IMG/VR virus record: IMGVR_UViG_3300044490_000059
Coordinates: 1-57,600 of that record
Direction: 5' to 3' (one strand)
Length of the DNA: 57,600 bases
From: a virus
Lineage: Duplodnaviria; Caudoviricetes
Each line of letters opens with the position of its first letter. The first letter of the stretch is position 1. This document shows, one piece after another, positions 9,235 to 18,915 of the stretch. A model generated the notes under the pieces. It saw only the letters and a list, made by a program, of their open reading frames with translations. It did not search any database and was not told the DNA's origin. A program made the position numbers and the translations under genes.

Positions 9235-11769
9235 ATGAGCACGGATTTCCGGCCCGAAGAACTCCTGGGTCCTCCGTTGACCAAGGACTACATGCCGAGC
9301 TTCCTGCCCAGCCACTTCCAGATCCACCGGCACCGTCCTCCTTTCTCGGCGCTGGTGGTGCGGGAGATGCTCACCGACCCCCGCATCCTCTTCGGGCTCT
9401 GGCTCATCAAGGGCCCCATCCTGACCAACGCCAAGTTCGAGATCCAAGCCGCAGGTCCCGTGCAGCAGTTCATCCAGGCCAACCTGACCCGGTTCTGGAG
9501 GAACTCCGCTGCCCGGGCCTTGAAGGCCATCGAGTGGGGCTACTCTGGCAGCGAGGTCCTCTACCGCTCCCTGCGCGGCCAGATCCACTTCGATGTCCTC
9601 AAGGACCTGGAGCCCCTGGATTGCCGGGCGGCTACCTACGAGGGTGACTTCGTGGGCATGTGGGTGCAGCACATCCCCTTCATCACCCCCGGCACTACCG
9701 TTACCGCTCCCCAGCAGCGCCTGTACCTGGGAGGTCCGAAAGCCTTCTGGCATGTGCACTCCCGCGAGAAGCATCCCTGGTACGGCATGAGCCGCCTGCA
9801 CGGAGCCCACGTTCCCTGGTGGGAGCAGTGGTCGGATGGGGGCTACCGCGACATCCGCCGCCTATGGTTCTACAAGAACTCCTTCGAGGGTGGTGTGATC
9901 TACCACCCCCCGGGAGTGACCCGTACCGTCGAGGGTCTGATCGTCTCTTACCGGGATCTCGCCCGGGAGCTGATGGAGAAGAAGCGGACGGGTGGGACGT
10001 TGGCCTTCCCCAACCAGATGCAGGAGACCAAGCGCTCCTGGGAATATGAGCCCCCGACAGCCAACCCTGTCCCAGCGGGCTTGCTGGAGTACGGAGAACT
10101 CCTGCGCAAGGAAGTCTTCGAAGGCATGGGGATTCCCGTAGAGGTCATCGAATCCCAAGGTGAGCAGGGCTTCGGCAGCGCCTCTGGACGGCAGGTGCCG
10201 CAGTTGGCTTTCTTCTCCACGTTGCAGGAGATTGTTCAATGGCTGGTGACGGACTTCTGCAAGCAGATCATCGACCCCCTGCTGGAGGTCAACGGTTTCG
10301 GGGAAGAGGTGGAGTACGATGTGATCGTGCTGCCCATGACGGAGAGTACGGAGAGTGCTGCTCCTCAGCAACCCGGCAAGCCCGGGCAACCCGGTGAGAA
10401 GGAGTTTCCTCCAGAAGAAGGGGAGGGGGGAACCCCACCTGAGGAAACCCCTGAGCAGAATCCTCCTGGGCAGCCTCAGACTGGCGGGAATCCGCTGTTC
10501 CCCAGTCAGCAGACCGCTCGTTCCCAGTCGGCGTCCTATGAAGCTCGCCGGAGTCAGGCGCTGCGTCGGAGAACTCCGCTGCGAATGTCCCAGCGCCCGG
10601 CCACCTTCCAGGAGCTTTACATGCGGCAGGTGAGCCGGGTTTCCGGTACGGGACGGCAGGAGAGTGGCACGGAGAAGTGGGTTACGATTGGTGGCAGTCC
10701 TGGCAGGGGAGCCGGTGGTGAGCAAGTCCAACACAAGGGTGGGATGCGCGTACTCCTCAGCAAGGATGGGAAAGTCCTGGCTGGTGGACCGCGTGCGCTA
10801 CAGGGCAAACACATTTCTCAGGCTGACGAGGTTTTTGCTCGGCTGGGGCAACGTCAGCCGCCTACTCCTGAGGAACGACAGGCAGCAGCTACTCCTGCAC
10901 CCCCTCCCAAACCGGGTGCTCCCCCCGAACCACCATTGCAATATCAAGCGGGGGATCTTCCCCCGGAGGAAAATCCCGTGAGTGCCGTACTGGAAGACGC
11001 TGTAGGTTCCGACCCCGAAGATCAGCTGGGTTTCCTGGAGTACCTGCGTGAGGCGCATGATGAACTGCGCCAGGAGGGGGAGAAACAGCAGCAGCTGTCG
11101 GCTGCCGCCGAGAAGCTCCTGGGCAGCCTGGATCGGGAAACCACCACGACCATCAAGAATCGTCGGACGGGGATCGGCAAGGAGCGCAAGGTGGTGCGCC
11201 GGGATCTGAAGTACGCTGCGGACTGGCCCGGTGTGGTCCGCAAGGCGCAGAAGGAAGTTCCCCAGTTGGATCCTCAGGAGTTCCTGGCAACTGCCAAGAA
11301 GCTCTGGGAGGAGGAGTACCGGTTCCAGTATGAGAACCAGCAAGTCCAGAATCAGATCCGGCAGAAGTTCTACCAGCAGTTCAGTCTGACTCCAGCCAAG
11401 GTGCAGAGCCTCATGGATCGGGGTTACGACTATGCCTCCAAGCTCAAGACTACCGGCCAAGCCGTTCTCCCTGGTTTCGACGAGATGGCGCGTTCGGCAG
11501 CCCATGAGTTCCCGGAGTACAGTTGGACTAACCGGGACGATGAGCAGCAGATTGGGGAGGATGTCTGGAACATCGTCAGCTCGACCCGAGAACAGCCCCT
11601 GAGTTTCACCGACAAGCGCTTTGTGGCCCAGGTGTTCCAGGAGCTGGCTTCCCGGGGAAATGAGTTGCCGGATACCAGCACCATGCCCCTGCACCACCCG
11701 GCTGTGGTGCGCCAAGCCCTCAGCAAGTGGGAACGTGACACACGCTTCTTCGAGGACGATGAGTTCTGA
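9235..11769 (+). CDS. portal protein (Mu gp29/DUF935-like) with ~400 aa C-terminal extension
   Basis: ALKAIEWGYSGSEVLY, HPWYGMSRLHGAHVPWW and QIIDPLLEVNG portal-like motifs, then a P/E/Q linker and extra domains. Confidence 0.7.
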   Translation: MSTDFRPEELLGPPLTKDYMPSFLPSHFQIHRHRPPFSALVVREMLTDPRILFGLWLIKGPILTNAKFEIQAAGPVQQFIQANLTRFWRNSAARALKAIEWGYSGSEVLYRSLRGQIHFDVLKDLEPLDCRAATYEGDFVGMWVQHIPFITPGTTVTAPQQRLYLGGPKAFWHVHSREKHPWYGMSRLHGAHVPWWEQWSDGGYRDIRRLWFYKNSFEGGVIYHPPGVTRTVEGLIVSYRDLARELMEKKRTGGTLAFPNQMQETKRSWEYEPPTANPVPAGLLEYGELLRKEVFEGMGIPVEVIESQGEQGFGSASGRQVPQLAFFSTLQEIVQWLVTDFCKQIIDPLLEVNGFGEEVEYDVIVLPMTESTESAAPQQPGKPGQPGEKEFPPEEGEGGTPPEETPEQNPPGQPQTGGNPLFPSQQTARSQSASYEARRSQALRRRTPLRMSQRPATFQELYMRQVSRVSGTGRQESGTEKWVTIGGSPGRGAGGEQVQHKGGMRVLLSKDGKVLAGGPRALQGKHISQADEVFARLGQRQPPTPEERQAAATPAPPPKPGAPPEPPLQYQAGDLPPEENPVSAVLEDAVGSDPEDQLGFLEYLREAHDELRQEGEKQQQLSAAAEKLLGSLDRETTTTIKNRRTGIGKERKVVRRDLKYAADWPGVVRKAQKEVPQLDPQEFLATAKKLWEEEYRFQYENQQVQNQIRQKFYQQFSLTPAKVQSLMDRGYDYASKLKTTGQAVLPGFDEMARSAAHEFPEYSWTNRDDEQQIGEDVWNIVSSTREQPLSFTDKRFVAQVFQELASRGNELPDTSTMPLHHPAVVRQALSKWERDTRFFEDDEF

Positions 11770-11803
11770 GTTTTTCCCGCGCTAGAGTGAGTGAGGCAAT
11801 TCC

Positions 11804-14479
11804 GTGACCATCTACTCCGTCAGTTTCCGCTGTGATGGTATCGACGTAATTGACCCTCAGTACCTGCTAACCTACTTCCAACAGCGGAACCTCTCTACCG
11901 AGCACTTCTCCGGGTTAGCCAACTCCGTGCGGGTTCCGGTGGGCAAGGCTGCCACCCGGGCCTACGTGCTGGTGTCCCGAGGCAACATCAGCACCATCCT
12001 GGCAAACCATGCCGCTGGTTCCCTGGCTGCCGTGGGCTACACCGTCTCCATTACGCTCTACGATGGTGTCTTGGGCACCCGGACCATTGCCGCGCTGGCT
12101 CCCATCTCGGCCCAGTCTATCCTATCCTCGGATGACACGGCTGGCCCCAGTAACGACCCGGACGATGTGTACCTGCTGGAGTTGGCTGATGCACGTTACA
12201 CCGCCCACTACAGCGCTGTCAACAAAGCCTACAACCTGACCCTCCCGGAGCATGACGGCACCATCTATACGAACACCTCGGATGGTGGTACTCCCTGGAC
12301 CTGGACAACTCTGCTCCAGGACCTGTGGAGCAGCTTGCCAACCAGCATGGGAGCCATCAACCTAGCCGGGGCCTCCCTGCCCAGTGAATACCCCACCGAG
12401 TATGACTTCCAAGGCTGGAATGCCTGGGATGCGATCCATCAAGTCCTGGCCGACATCCAGCATCACATCGTCTCGGACCTGGATGGCACCTTCTCCATCG
12501 AACCGGATTCTGCCACGACAGCCGGGCTAGCAACCGCGATCACCGCTCTGCAAACCTCAGGCCGGGTGGTGGATCGTTCCCACTACCTGGACGGCATCAT
12601 CCTGCCTGCCACGGTGCGCGTCTTCTTCCCGCGCAAGGATGACGCCTTCCAACTCAGCGCCACCGCAGACGCCAGGACTTCCAAGGAATACTGGTGCAGC
12701 CGCGCCTTCTACACGGTGGACGTAGCCACCACCTCCATCATCCCCGGAGCCGTAACGGTCGCCAACGGAGTCCAGACCCTGCACTCCAGCAAGCAGGCTG
12801 AGTACACCACAGCCGGAGTTCTTAGCAACTCTGGCGACTTGAATACTGCCGCCACTTCCCTGGCGACCTTGTACCTGAACAGCCTGGACAAGGATCGCTA
12901 CGAAGAGAGCTTCCAAGGTTACGCGGACTTCTCCCCCCGAGGCTCCCTGAGTGGGGTCTTCTGGCATGACCTGGGCCGGGGAGCGGAGACGGTGATCTAC
13001 TACCAGGACCCGGCTGATCGGGTAACCTCCCCCGTCTCCTCCAGCGCCCCCGCGCGCTCCCGCAGCAACAATGCTCTTTCCCAAAGAGAGGGTCCAGGAC
13101 CGGCTGACCAGTCTCGTCAGCACTTACCCCCCGACTACCTGATCCTGGTGGAACTGACTGGAGTGCTGAACGCGGGCTACTCGGCTCCCGCCGCTATCCA
13201 ATACGGCACAGTGGGTGGTGGGGGAATTTCCCTGAGCGACTCCCATGCCGTCGTGGTCTATGAAGTCAATGGGCTGACCTATCCCATCGGTACGGTCCTC
13301 TTTGCCTACTTCCACCCCCAGACCCGGAAGTGGATCGTCTGGCCTTGGAGCCCCGGCACAGAGGGTGACCTGCGCTTGGTGCAGTCCAACTACTGCTTCA
13401 CTCCGGGAGATGTGGACTACTTCAGTCTCTGGGAGTGGAATGGGTCTGCCTGGGTGGACACGGGTACGGATGTGGAAGTTGTGGACCTGGGCAAATGGAA
13501 TTTCCTGCTGCCGGGAGAGTTCGCCTGGGCGCGCTATTACCCCAACGGGAACCGCTATCAGCTGGTGGGGAGTCACGGGCTGCACCGGACAGCCAAGATC
13601 ACCCAGCACGACATCGACTGTTACGCTCGAGGTCATGCCAAGATCCACTACTGGACGGCCTACGCTAACTGCACTTCGGGAGAGTCCGACTGCGAGGTGG
13701 AGGTCTGCAACAAGTGGGCTTTCCCTCGGGACGTAAGGCAGAACGAGGAAGTGTTCATCCAGTTCTACGAGGAAGAGTGGCTGATTATCTCTGGTCGCCG
13801 GGCGCTGATGGCTTATGCCGAGCTGTACCAGGATATGTGCCCTACGGACTATCTGGACATCGCCGTTCAGAATGCTCGTTACCTGGATGGCTGTGCCGAT
13901 GATGAGTGGTCAGGTGTGGTGCGCAATACCTACTCCCTGGCTGGGTTGAATGGAGACCGTCTGTTCCTGGTTTATGATTCGGAAGAGGGTTGCTGGCATA
14001 TCGTCCAGGTCCAGCATCACCAGGAGAATGTGGCTGTAGAGGATGAAGCTGAGGGGAAATTTCTCCTCTTTGACGAGACTGGTGGTTCTGGTGGTGGCTG
14101 CGCTATCCTGGGCAACGTCCAGAAGAAAGTCGCCTTGATGTACTGCGACGAGCAGGAATGGAAGATTCAGATTCCACTCTTCGATTTGACCCTCATTTCT
14201 GATGTTAGTTCGATAGTTGTGGATGGCTGTCCCCAACTAACCTACTCCAGTACCAGGATCTGCTCCTTTACAGGTGGTGATCCGGCAGGATCGGGAGCCT
14301 TCTTCGCCTTCAGTCAAGTTGCCTTGGTAACCGACATCTACGATGACGGTACGTGTGTTTGGGCTGAGTATCAGGCGATTTGTGTAGGTGGTGCCGTAGC
14401 TGGGTTTGATTTAGAGATGGTTCTCTGTGGCTCGGACTGCGAAGGCAGCGGTTCAGGGTCCGGCAGTGGGATCACATAA
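11804..14479 (+). CDS. large tail/baseplate protein (891 aa)
   Basis: VYLLELADARY and WTWTTLLQDLW; long beta-rich ORF with a Cys-rich C-terminal half. Confidence 0.55.
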   Translation: MTIYSVSFRCDGIDVIDPQYLLTYFQQRNLSTEHFSGLANSVRVPVGKAATRAYVLVSRGNISTILANHAAGSLAAVGYTVSITLYDGVLGTRTIAALAPISAQSILSSDDTAGPSNDPDDVYLLELADARYTAHYSAVNKAYNLTLPEHDGTIYTNTSDGGTPWTWTTLLQDLWSSLPTSMGAINLAGASLPSEYPTEYDFQGWNAWDAIHQVLADIQHHIVSDLDGTFSIEPDSATTAGLATAITALQTSGRVVDRSHYLDGIILPATVRVFFPRKDDAFQLSATADARTSKEYWCSRAFYTVDVATTSIIPGAVTVANGVQTLHSSKQAEYTTAGVLSNSGDLNTAATSLATLYLNSLDKDRYEESFQGYADFSPRGSLSGVFWHDLGRGAETVIYYQDPADRVTSPVSSSAPARSRSNNALSQREGPGPADQSRQHLPPDYLILVELTGVLNAGYSAPAAIQYGTVGGGGISLSDSHAVVVYEVNGLTYPIGTVLFAYFHPQTRKWIVWPWSPGTEGDLRLVQSNYCFTPGDVDYFSLWEWNGSAWVDTGTDVEVVDLGKWNFLLPGEFAWARYYPNGNRYQLVGSHGLHRTAKITQHDIDCYARGHAKIHYWTAYANCTSGESDCEVEVCNKWAFPRDVRQNEEVFIQFYEEEWLIISGRRALMAYAELYQDMCPTDYLDIAVQNARYLDGCADDEWSGVVRNTYSLAGLNGDRLFLVYDSEEGCWHIVQVQHHQENVAVEDEAEGKFLLFDETGGSGGGCAILGNVQKKVALMYCDEQEWKIQIPLFDLTLISDVSSIVVDGCPQLTYSSTRICSFTGGDPAGSGAFFAFSQVALVTDIYDDGTCVWAEYQAICVGGAVAGFDLEMVLCGSDCEGSGSGSGSGIT

Positions 14480-14482
14480 CCC

Positions 14483-15028
14483 ATGGTTTTAATCATCAAG
14501 AAGTGGGATGGTAACTGGCTACGTCGAGCCCAGTTCGGAGGGCTCTGGGCTTTAAGCCAAGAATGCTGCTGCAATCTCTGCGGCTGTCCAGGATTAGTCC
14601 CTGAGCCTTTGGCAGTCACTATCTACACCTCCGAGGACTGCTTGGGGTTGCCGAACGGCTATGAGTTTGTGCTGGACTACACCAACCCCGATCCTACTCC
14701 ACCAGAAGGCGATGCTATCTGGTCGGGGAATTTTCCAGGGGACATTTGCCTGTATGGATCCTTGTCTATCAGTTGCCGAAGAAACCCCGATAAGATTTAC
14801 GACTGGGAAGACTACTGGTTAGAGGGGGGTCTGACCGTCAGTGGTTGTAAAACAACGCTCCTCTTTAACAGGCCAAATTCCGGGGATTGTGACACCCTAA
14901 ACAACGGCGTCAATTTCTATATCAGGTTTGATGATGTTATCAAAATCGAGGAGTTTTCTCCTGGCTCCTGTCCTTGTGACTGTGAAAACTACCCTGTGTA
15001 CCTGACCCTTCTATTTCGAGTGAACTAG
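14483..15028 (+). CDS. Cys-rich putative tail tip protein
   Basis: ECCCNLCGC and CPCDC motifs; directly follows the large tail gene. Confidence 0.5.
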   Translation: MVLIIKKWDGNWLRRAQFGGLWALSQECCCNLCGCPGLVPEPLAVTIYTSEDCLGLPNGYEFVLDYTNPDPTPPEGDAIWSGNFPGDICLYGSLSISCRRNPDKIYDWEDYWLEGGLTVSGCKTTLLFNRPNSGDCDTLNNGVNFYIRFDDVIKIEEFSPGSCPCDCENYPVYLTLLFRVN

Positions 15029-15030
15029 GC

Positions 15031-15498
15031 GTGGGTATTCGTGAATTGCGCGAGGAAAAGCGACGACGCCGCATAGCCTCTCCGGCACCGGAAGCACCGA
15101 CCCCTGAAGTCCCTGGAGTGGGAACTTCCCTGAAGCGCATCTTGGGTTGGCTCTCCCTAGGGCTGACCGGAGGCTGTAAGTGCAAGGAGCGCTCAGCATC
15201 CCTGAATGAGCGGGGACCGGACTGGGCCAGACAGAACGTGAGCCTGATTGTGGACTGGCTCTGGGAGGAGAAGCAGCGGCAGCATCTGTCCTCTTGGGAG
15301 ATAGCCCGTGCTGCTTGCAGTGGCTGGTGTAGCTACCTCTGGAGAGTTTTGCGGGAGCGCTCCCACCAGCTGGGTTTGCTGATCCTGCCCCTACCCGCCA
15401 GGAACAAGCTGGATCTCTGGACCTTCCGGGTATTTTCCCGCGCTATCGTGCGCCTAGCCATCTTCCTGGCACGGAGGAACAAGAGTGGACATTCATGA
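15031..15498 (+). CDS. hypothetical protein (GVGTSLK...CKC...LN..GPDW type)
   Basis: Tightly packed ORF with a Cys motif in the tail region. Confidence 0.55.
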   Translation: MGIRELREEKRRRRIASPAPEAPTPEVPGVGTSLKRILGWLSLGLTGGCKCKERSASLNERGPDWARQNVSLIVDWLWEEKQRQHLSSWEIARAACSGWCSYLWRVLRERSHQLGLLILPLPARNKLDLWTFRVFSRAIVRLAIFLARRNKSGHS

Positions 15499-17122
15499 AC
15501 TCCGGGCCCGGAAGGTCCAGCAGCGCATAGGGGAATATCAGGCCCGTTTAGCAGAGGAGGTCCAATTCCACAAGGAATTGATCCAGGAACAACTGAACTC
15601 CCTGGAGGAATTTCCCACCCACAAGTTTCAGTCTCAGGGCATCGTGACTTTGGCCGGAGGTGACCGTTACTTCCCCGGAGGGTATGTACTCTGTAGGCAC
15701 CTCCGTCACCTCGGCTGCCAACTGCCCATCCAGGTTTGGTTTTTAGGGAGGGAAGAAATGACCCTCCAGATGCAGTTGCTGTTGGAGGCCATTCCGAAAG
15801 TATCCTGTGTTGATGCGCGTGATGTCTTAGGTGACCGGCCCAGGCGTTTAGGTGGCTGGGAAGCCAAAGTCTGGGCGATCATGGAGTGCCCCTTCCAAGA
15901 GGTTCTCTTCCTGGACAGCGATCAGATACCGCTGGCCGACCCCAGCCCCCTCTTTTCCCACCAGAAATATCTGGACACAGGTGCTGTTCTCTGGCAGGAC
16001 TTTCCTTCCAGCGGAGGTTGGGATGTGGGGCCAGAAGCCTTTACGGCCTGTGGACTGGAGGTTCCTCCGGGGGAAATCTTCCATGACCCTAGACACAGGC
16101 GATACAAAGTGCGCGGGGGCTACATCCCAGTCGAATCTGGACAGATCCTGGTTGACAAGTCACGACAGTGGGCACCGCTCCAGCTTTGCAGGCATCTGAA
16201 CGACCACAGTGATTTCTGGTATCGGCACATCTATGGGGACAAGTCCACCTTCCTGCTCTCCTGGTTGCGAACCAATAGTCCCTACGCCGTCCCCGCCGCC
16301 CCGACTTGGTTTGGTACTCAACTGGGTGGGGGGTTCCTCCAACCAGACCTGGACGGAAACCCCCTGTTCCAGCACCGCTGTCAACCCACCACCAAGTTGC
16401 GCTTGGAGGGAAATCGTTTCAGTTCGGACTTCGTAGGCGCGGAACAAGTCCGGTCCTACCTCCAAGAGTTGTCCGTCCTCTGGAAAAAGAACCCGCCAGT
16501 TCCTCCAGATTCCTGGAGGATGCGCCGGGCTCCCATGGAGTTGGGCATCTGGCAGGACATCATGTGCAGCAACGACTACCGCCTACCAAACCAGTTTCCT
16601 CCCAACTCCACAGTACTAGACATTGGGGGGCACGTCGGGATCTTTGCCAAAGCCTGTCTGACTCGTGGGGCTCGGGTGGTTTCCGTAGAACCTCACCCCC
16701 AGAACTTTGCCGACCTCTGTGCCAACCTGTCAGACAACGGAAACTGGGAAGCCTACCCGGTAGCAGCTTGGGATCGAAATGGGCCTCTCTGGTTCCGCTC
16801 TGGCAGCCACACTGGAGAGGGTTCGGTACACAGCGACAGCGGTGAGCTGCGCTGCTGGGGAGTTCCCCTAGCAGATCTGATCGACCTCTGTGGAGGATCC
16901 GTCTTCCTACTCAAGTTGGACTGTGAGGCCAGCGAGTGGGTGCTGCTCCGACAGGATCTCTCACAAGTCCAGCATGTCTGCGGAGAGTACCACCTGCATC
17001 ACACGCCGTTCGTACTAGAAGACCTATCTCCCTTGCTCAGCGCCCAGGGATTTTCCGGGATTGAGGTGCTACCCAATCCAAGGGATCCGAAGGTGGGTCT
17101 ATTCTTCGCCCACCGCGCATAA
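15485..17122 (+). CDS. GT71-like (Mannosyl_trans3) glycosyltransferase fused to FkbM methyltransferase
   Basis: GT part: LRHLGCQLPIQVW, KVWAIMECPFQEVLFLDSD, GAVLWQDF, ESGQILVDK, YGDKSTF. MTase part: VLDIGGHVG, SVEPHP, LKLDCEASE. Confidence 0.8.
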   Translation: MDIHELRARKVQQRIGEYQARLAEEVQFHKELIQEQLNSLEEFPTHKFQSQGIVTLAGGDRYFPGGYVLCRHLRHLGCQLPIQVWFLGREEMTLQMQLLLEAIPKVSCVDARDVLGDRPRRLGGWEAKVWAIMECPFQEVLFLDSDQIPLADPSPLFSHQKYLDTGAVLWQDFPSSGGWDVGPEAFTACGLEVPPGEIFHDPRHRRYKVRGGYIPVESGQILVDKSRQWAPLQLCRHLNDHSDFWYRHIYGDKSTFLLSWLRTNSPYAVPAAPTWFGTQLGGGFLQPDLDGNPLFQHRCQPTTKLRLEGNRFSSDFVGAEQVRSYLQELSVLWKKNPPVPPDSWRMRRAPMELGIWQDIMCSNDYRLPNQFPPNSTVLDIGGHVGIFAKACLTRGARVVSVEPHPQNFADLCANLSDNGNWEAYPVAAWDRNGPLWFRSGSHTGEGSVHSDSGELRCWGVPLADLIDLCGGSVFLLKLDCEASEWVLLRQDLSQVQHVCGEYHLHHTPFVLEDLSPLLSAQGFSGIEVLPNPRDPKVGLFFAHRA

Positions 17123-17153
17123 AAAACCCGGCCAGCATGGGGTCTGGCCGGGT
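17121..17153 (-). terminator. intrinsic terminator (U-tract on minus strand; possibly bidirectional)
   Basis: 10-bp stem ACCCGGCCAG/CTGGCCGGGT with A6 at 17121-17126. Confidence 0.75.
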
Positions 17154-17191
17154 CACCCTCAGAGCGCCTTCCCTCAAAGGCTCTACACCCT
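17121..17191 (-). ncRNA. candidate ~70-nt small RNA
   Basis: Bounded by a minus-strand TTGACT-16-TATGAT promoter and the minus-strand terminator; no ORF. Confidence 0.45.
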
Positions 17192-17197
17192 ACGAGT

Positions 17198-17225
17198 ATC
17201 ATACCCACCCCCCAACTCTAGTCAA
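17198..17225 (-). promoter_or_regulatory. sigma70-like promoter (leftward)
   Basis: TTGACT (17225-17220), 16 bp spacer, TATGAT (17203-17198). Confidence 0.6.
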
Positions 17226-17233
17226 GTCCTTCC

Positions 17234-17262
17234 TTGACGACCTAGACAATATCTGGTAATAT
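17234..17262 (+). promoter_or_regulatory. sigma70-like promoter for the replication module
   Basis: TTGACG-17-TAATAT upstream of 17291. Confidence 0.45.
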
Positions 17263-17290
17263 ACCTGTAACTGCACAGAGGAGTGAAACC

Positions 17291-17767
17291 ATGGTTCGCA
17301 AGAAGAAAGTGATGACACCCGCCGAAGTTCAACAGCAGGGAATCGAAGCCTTCCTGGATCTGACGCCCCTCCCCGATCCACCCAGCGCCACCTCCAATCG
17401 CGTGCGAGGTTGCCGCTCCGGCCTGGGGGTGCGCAGCTACATCTGGCACTTGCTGGCTGCCAACGAACGGCTACCCAAGTCCAAGAAGATGACCAACATC
17501 ATGATCGAGAAGAACGTCCGGGACGAGTATCCCGACCGAACGGAGTTGCACAAGTCCCTGGAGCAGGGACTGCAATCGGTCAACTGGTGGCGGCATCTGT
17601 TCAACACCCAGAAGCTGATCTCCACTCTGAGGACGGCCATCATCAGCCTGCGCTACGATCACCACGGGGACCCGGTGGATTCGCGTACCGGGAGCAAGGT
17701 GCTCTCCGAATCCCAGATCCACGACCTGTGCCGGAAGTATGATCTGGAAGATCCTCGGTTCACCTGA
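17291..17767 (+). CDS. hypothetical protein, possible DNA-binding regulator
   Basis: GAGGAG RBS; basic N-terminus; first gene of the replication block. Confidence 0.6.
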   Translation: MVRKKKVMTPAEVQQQGIEAFLDLTPLPDPPSATSNRVRGCRSGLGVRSYIWHLLAANERLPKSKKMTNIMIEKNVRDEYPDRTELHKSLEQGLQSVNWWRHLFNTQKLISTLRTAIISLRYDHHGDPVDSRTGSKVLSESQIHDLCRKYDLEDPRFT

Positions 17768-17797
17768 TTTTTCCACCTTAACCGAGGGTTAGTACGG

Positions 17798-18226
17798 ATG
17801 CCCAATCGCACCTGGAAGCAAGCTGAACGGAGGGGAGCGCGGGAGTTTGGCACGCAGCGCAACTCCCTGTCGGGAGGAAACTCCAAGGTCACGCGCTCTG
17901 ACAGCCTGCACCCCACGCTTTACATCGAGCAGAAGTACGCCCGGAAGCACGCCGTTTGGACGCTGTATGACGAAACCCTGCCCAAGGCGCGCGCCGAACA
18001 GAAGACGCCCGTACTCCTCCTGCATCGGAAAGGTTCTCCCGGTTTCTTGGTGGTGTGCCACACCCAGGACCTGGAGGAGGTCTGCCGCGCGTGGCTCGGA
18101 GCCCACCAGGGCCTGCCTCGTATCCTGGCCGGATCCCTGGACATCTCCGACCACACCCCGTTTCCTCCAGAGAAGGAGGTGCCGGAGGGGTTACCTCGTA
18201 GACGGAGAAAGAAGAAACTGGTCTGA
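17798..18226 (+). CDS. PD-(D/E)XK Holliday-junction-resolvase-like nuclease
   Basis: WKQAER...SDSLHPTLYIEQKY...PVLLLHRKG pattern. Confidence 0.65.
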   Translation: MPNRTWKQAERRGAREFGTQRNSLSGGNSKVTRSDSLHPTLYIEQKYARKHAVWTLYDETLPKARAEQKTPVLLLHRKGSPGFLVVCHTQDLEEVCRAWLGAHQGLPRILAGSLDISDHTPFPPEKEVPEGLPRRRRKKKLV

Positions 18227-18249
18227 TACACCCATCCTCGGAGTGAACC

Positions 18250-18915
18250 ATGACTACCTACCTACCGGTACAACTGCGCATCGTGGGCGCAGAGCTACGT
18301 CGCGTGTGGCGGCTGTATGCCACAACCTGGAAGAAGTGTCAAGCCTGCCCTCTGGGTGACTTGGCTACCCACCATGTTTTGGCCCGGGGCACCATCCCTT
18401 GCCGAGTCTTGTTTCTAGGGGAAGCTCCCGGTAAGACAGAGGATGCTTCTGGCTATCCCTTTGTGGGTCCTGCTGGAGCTGTTCTGGAACAGCTGATTAT
18501 CCAGTGCCCTACGCTGCACCTGCCAGCCCTGCCTTCGTTTGCTGGTAGGTCTGGTCTTACCTGGGCTATCGTCAATGCCCTGGTCTGTGCCCCTTGGGAA
18601 TTGGAAATGCCCCACGTAGTAGACCCCCGCAAGCGTTCCCTGCGGCAGAGTCTGCGCACACCCAACTTGCCAGAGATCAAAGCCTGTGCGCCGCATGTTA
18701 ATCAACTGCTGGATCTCGCCCAGCCGGAGTTTCTGGTGCTCTTAGGCAAGGTAGCCCAAGAGGCTACAAATCACTGTCCCGCCATCAAGGAGGTGCCTCA
18801 CGTTCTACATCTCCAACACCCGGCCTTCATCCTCCGCAGAGGTGGAGCTTCTTCCGTGGAGTTCCAACGTAACCTGCACTTGCTTCGACGGACCCTTCAG
18901 GAACACAAGTCATGA
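18250..18915 (+). CDS. uracil-DNA glycosylase, family 4
   Basis: CQACPL, LFLGEAPGKTED..GYPFVGPAG, EIKAC, LLGKVA, HPAFILR. Confidence 0.9.
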   Translation: MTTYLPVQLRIVGAELRRVWRLYATTWKKCQACPLGDLATHHVLARGTIPCRVLFLGEAPGKTEDASGYPFVGPAGAVLEQLIIQCPTLHLPALPSFAGRSGLTWAIVNALVCAPWELEMPHVVDPRKRSLRQSLRTPNLPEIKACAPHVNQLLDLAQPEFLVLLGKVAQEATNHCPAIKEVPHVLHLQHPAFILRRGGASSVEFQRNLHLLRRTLQEHKS

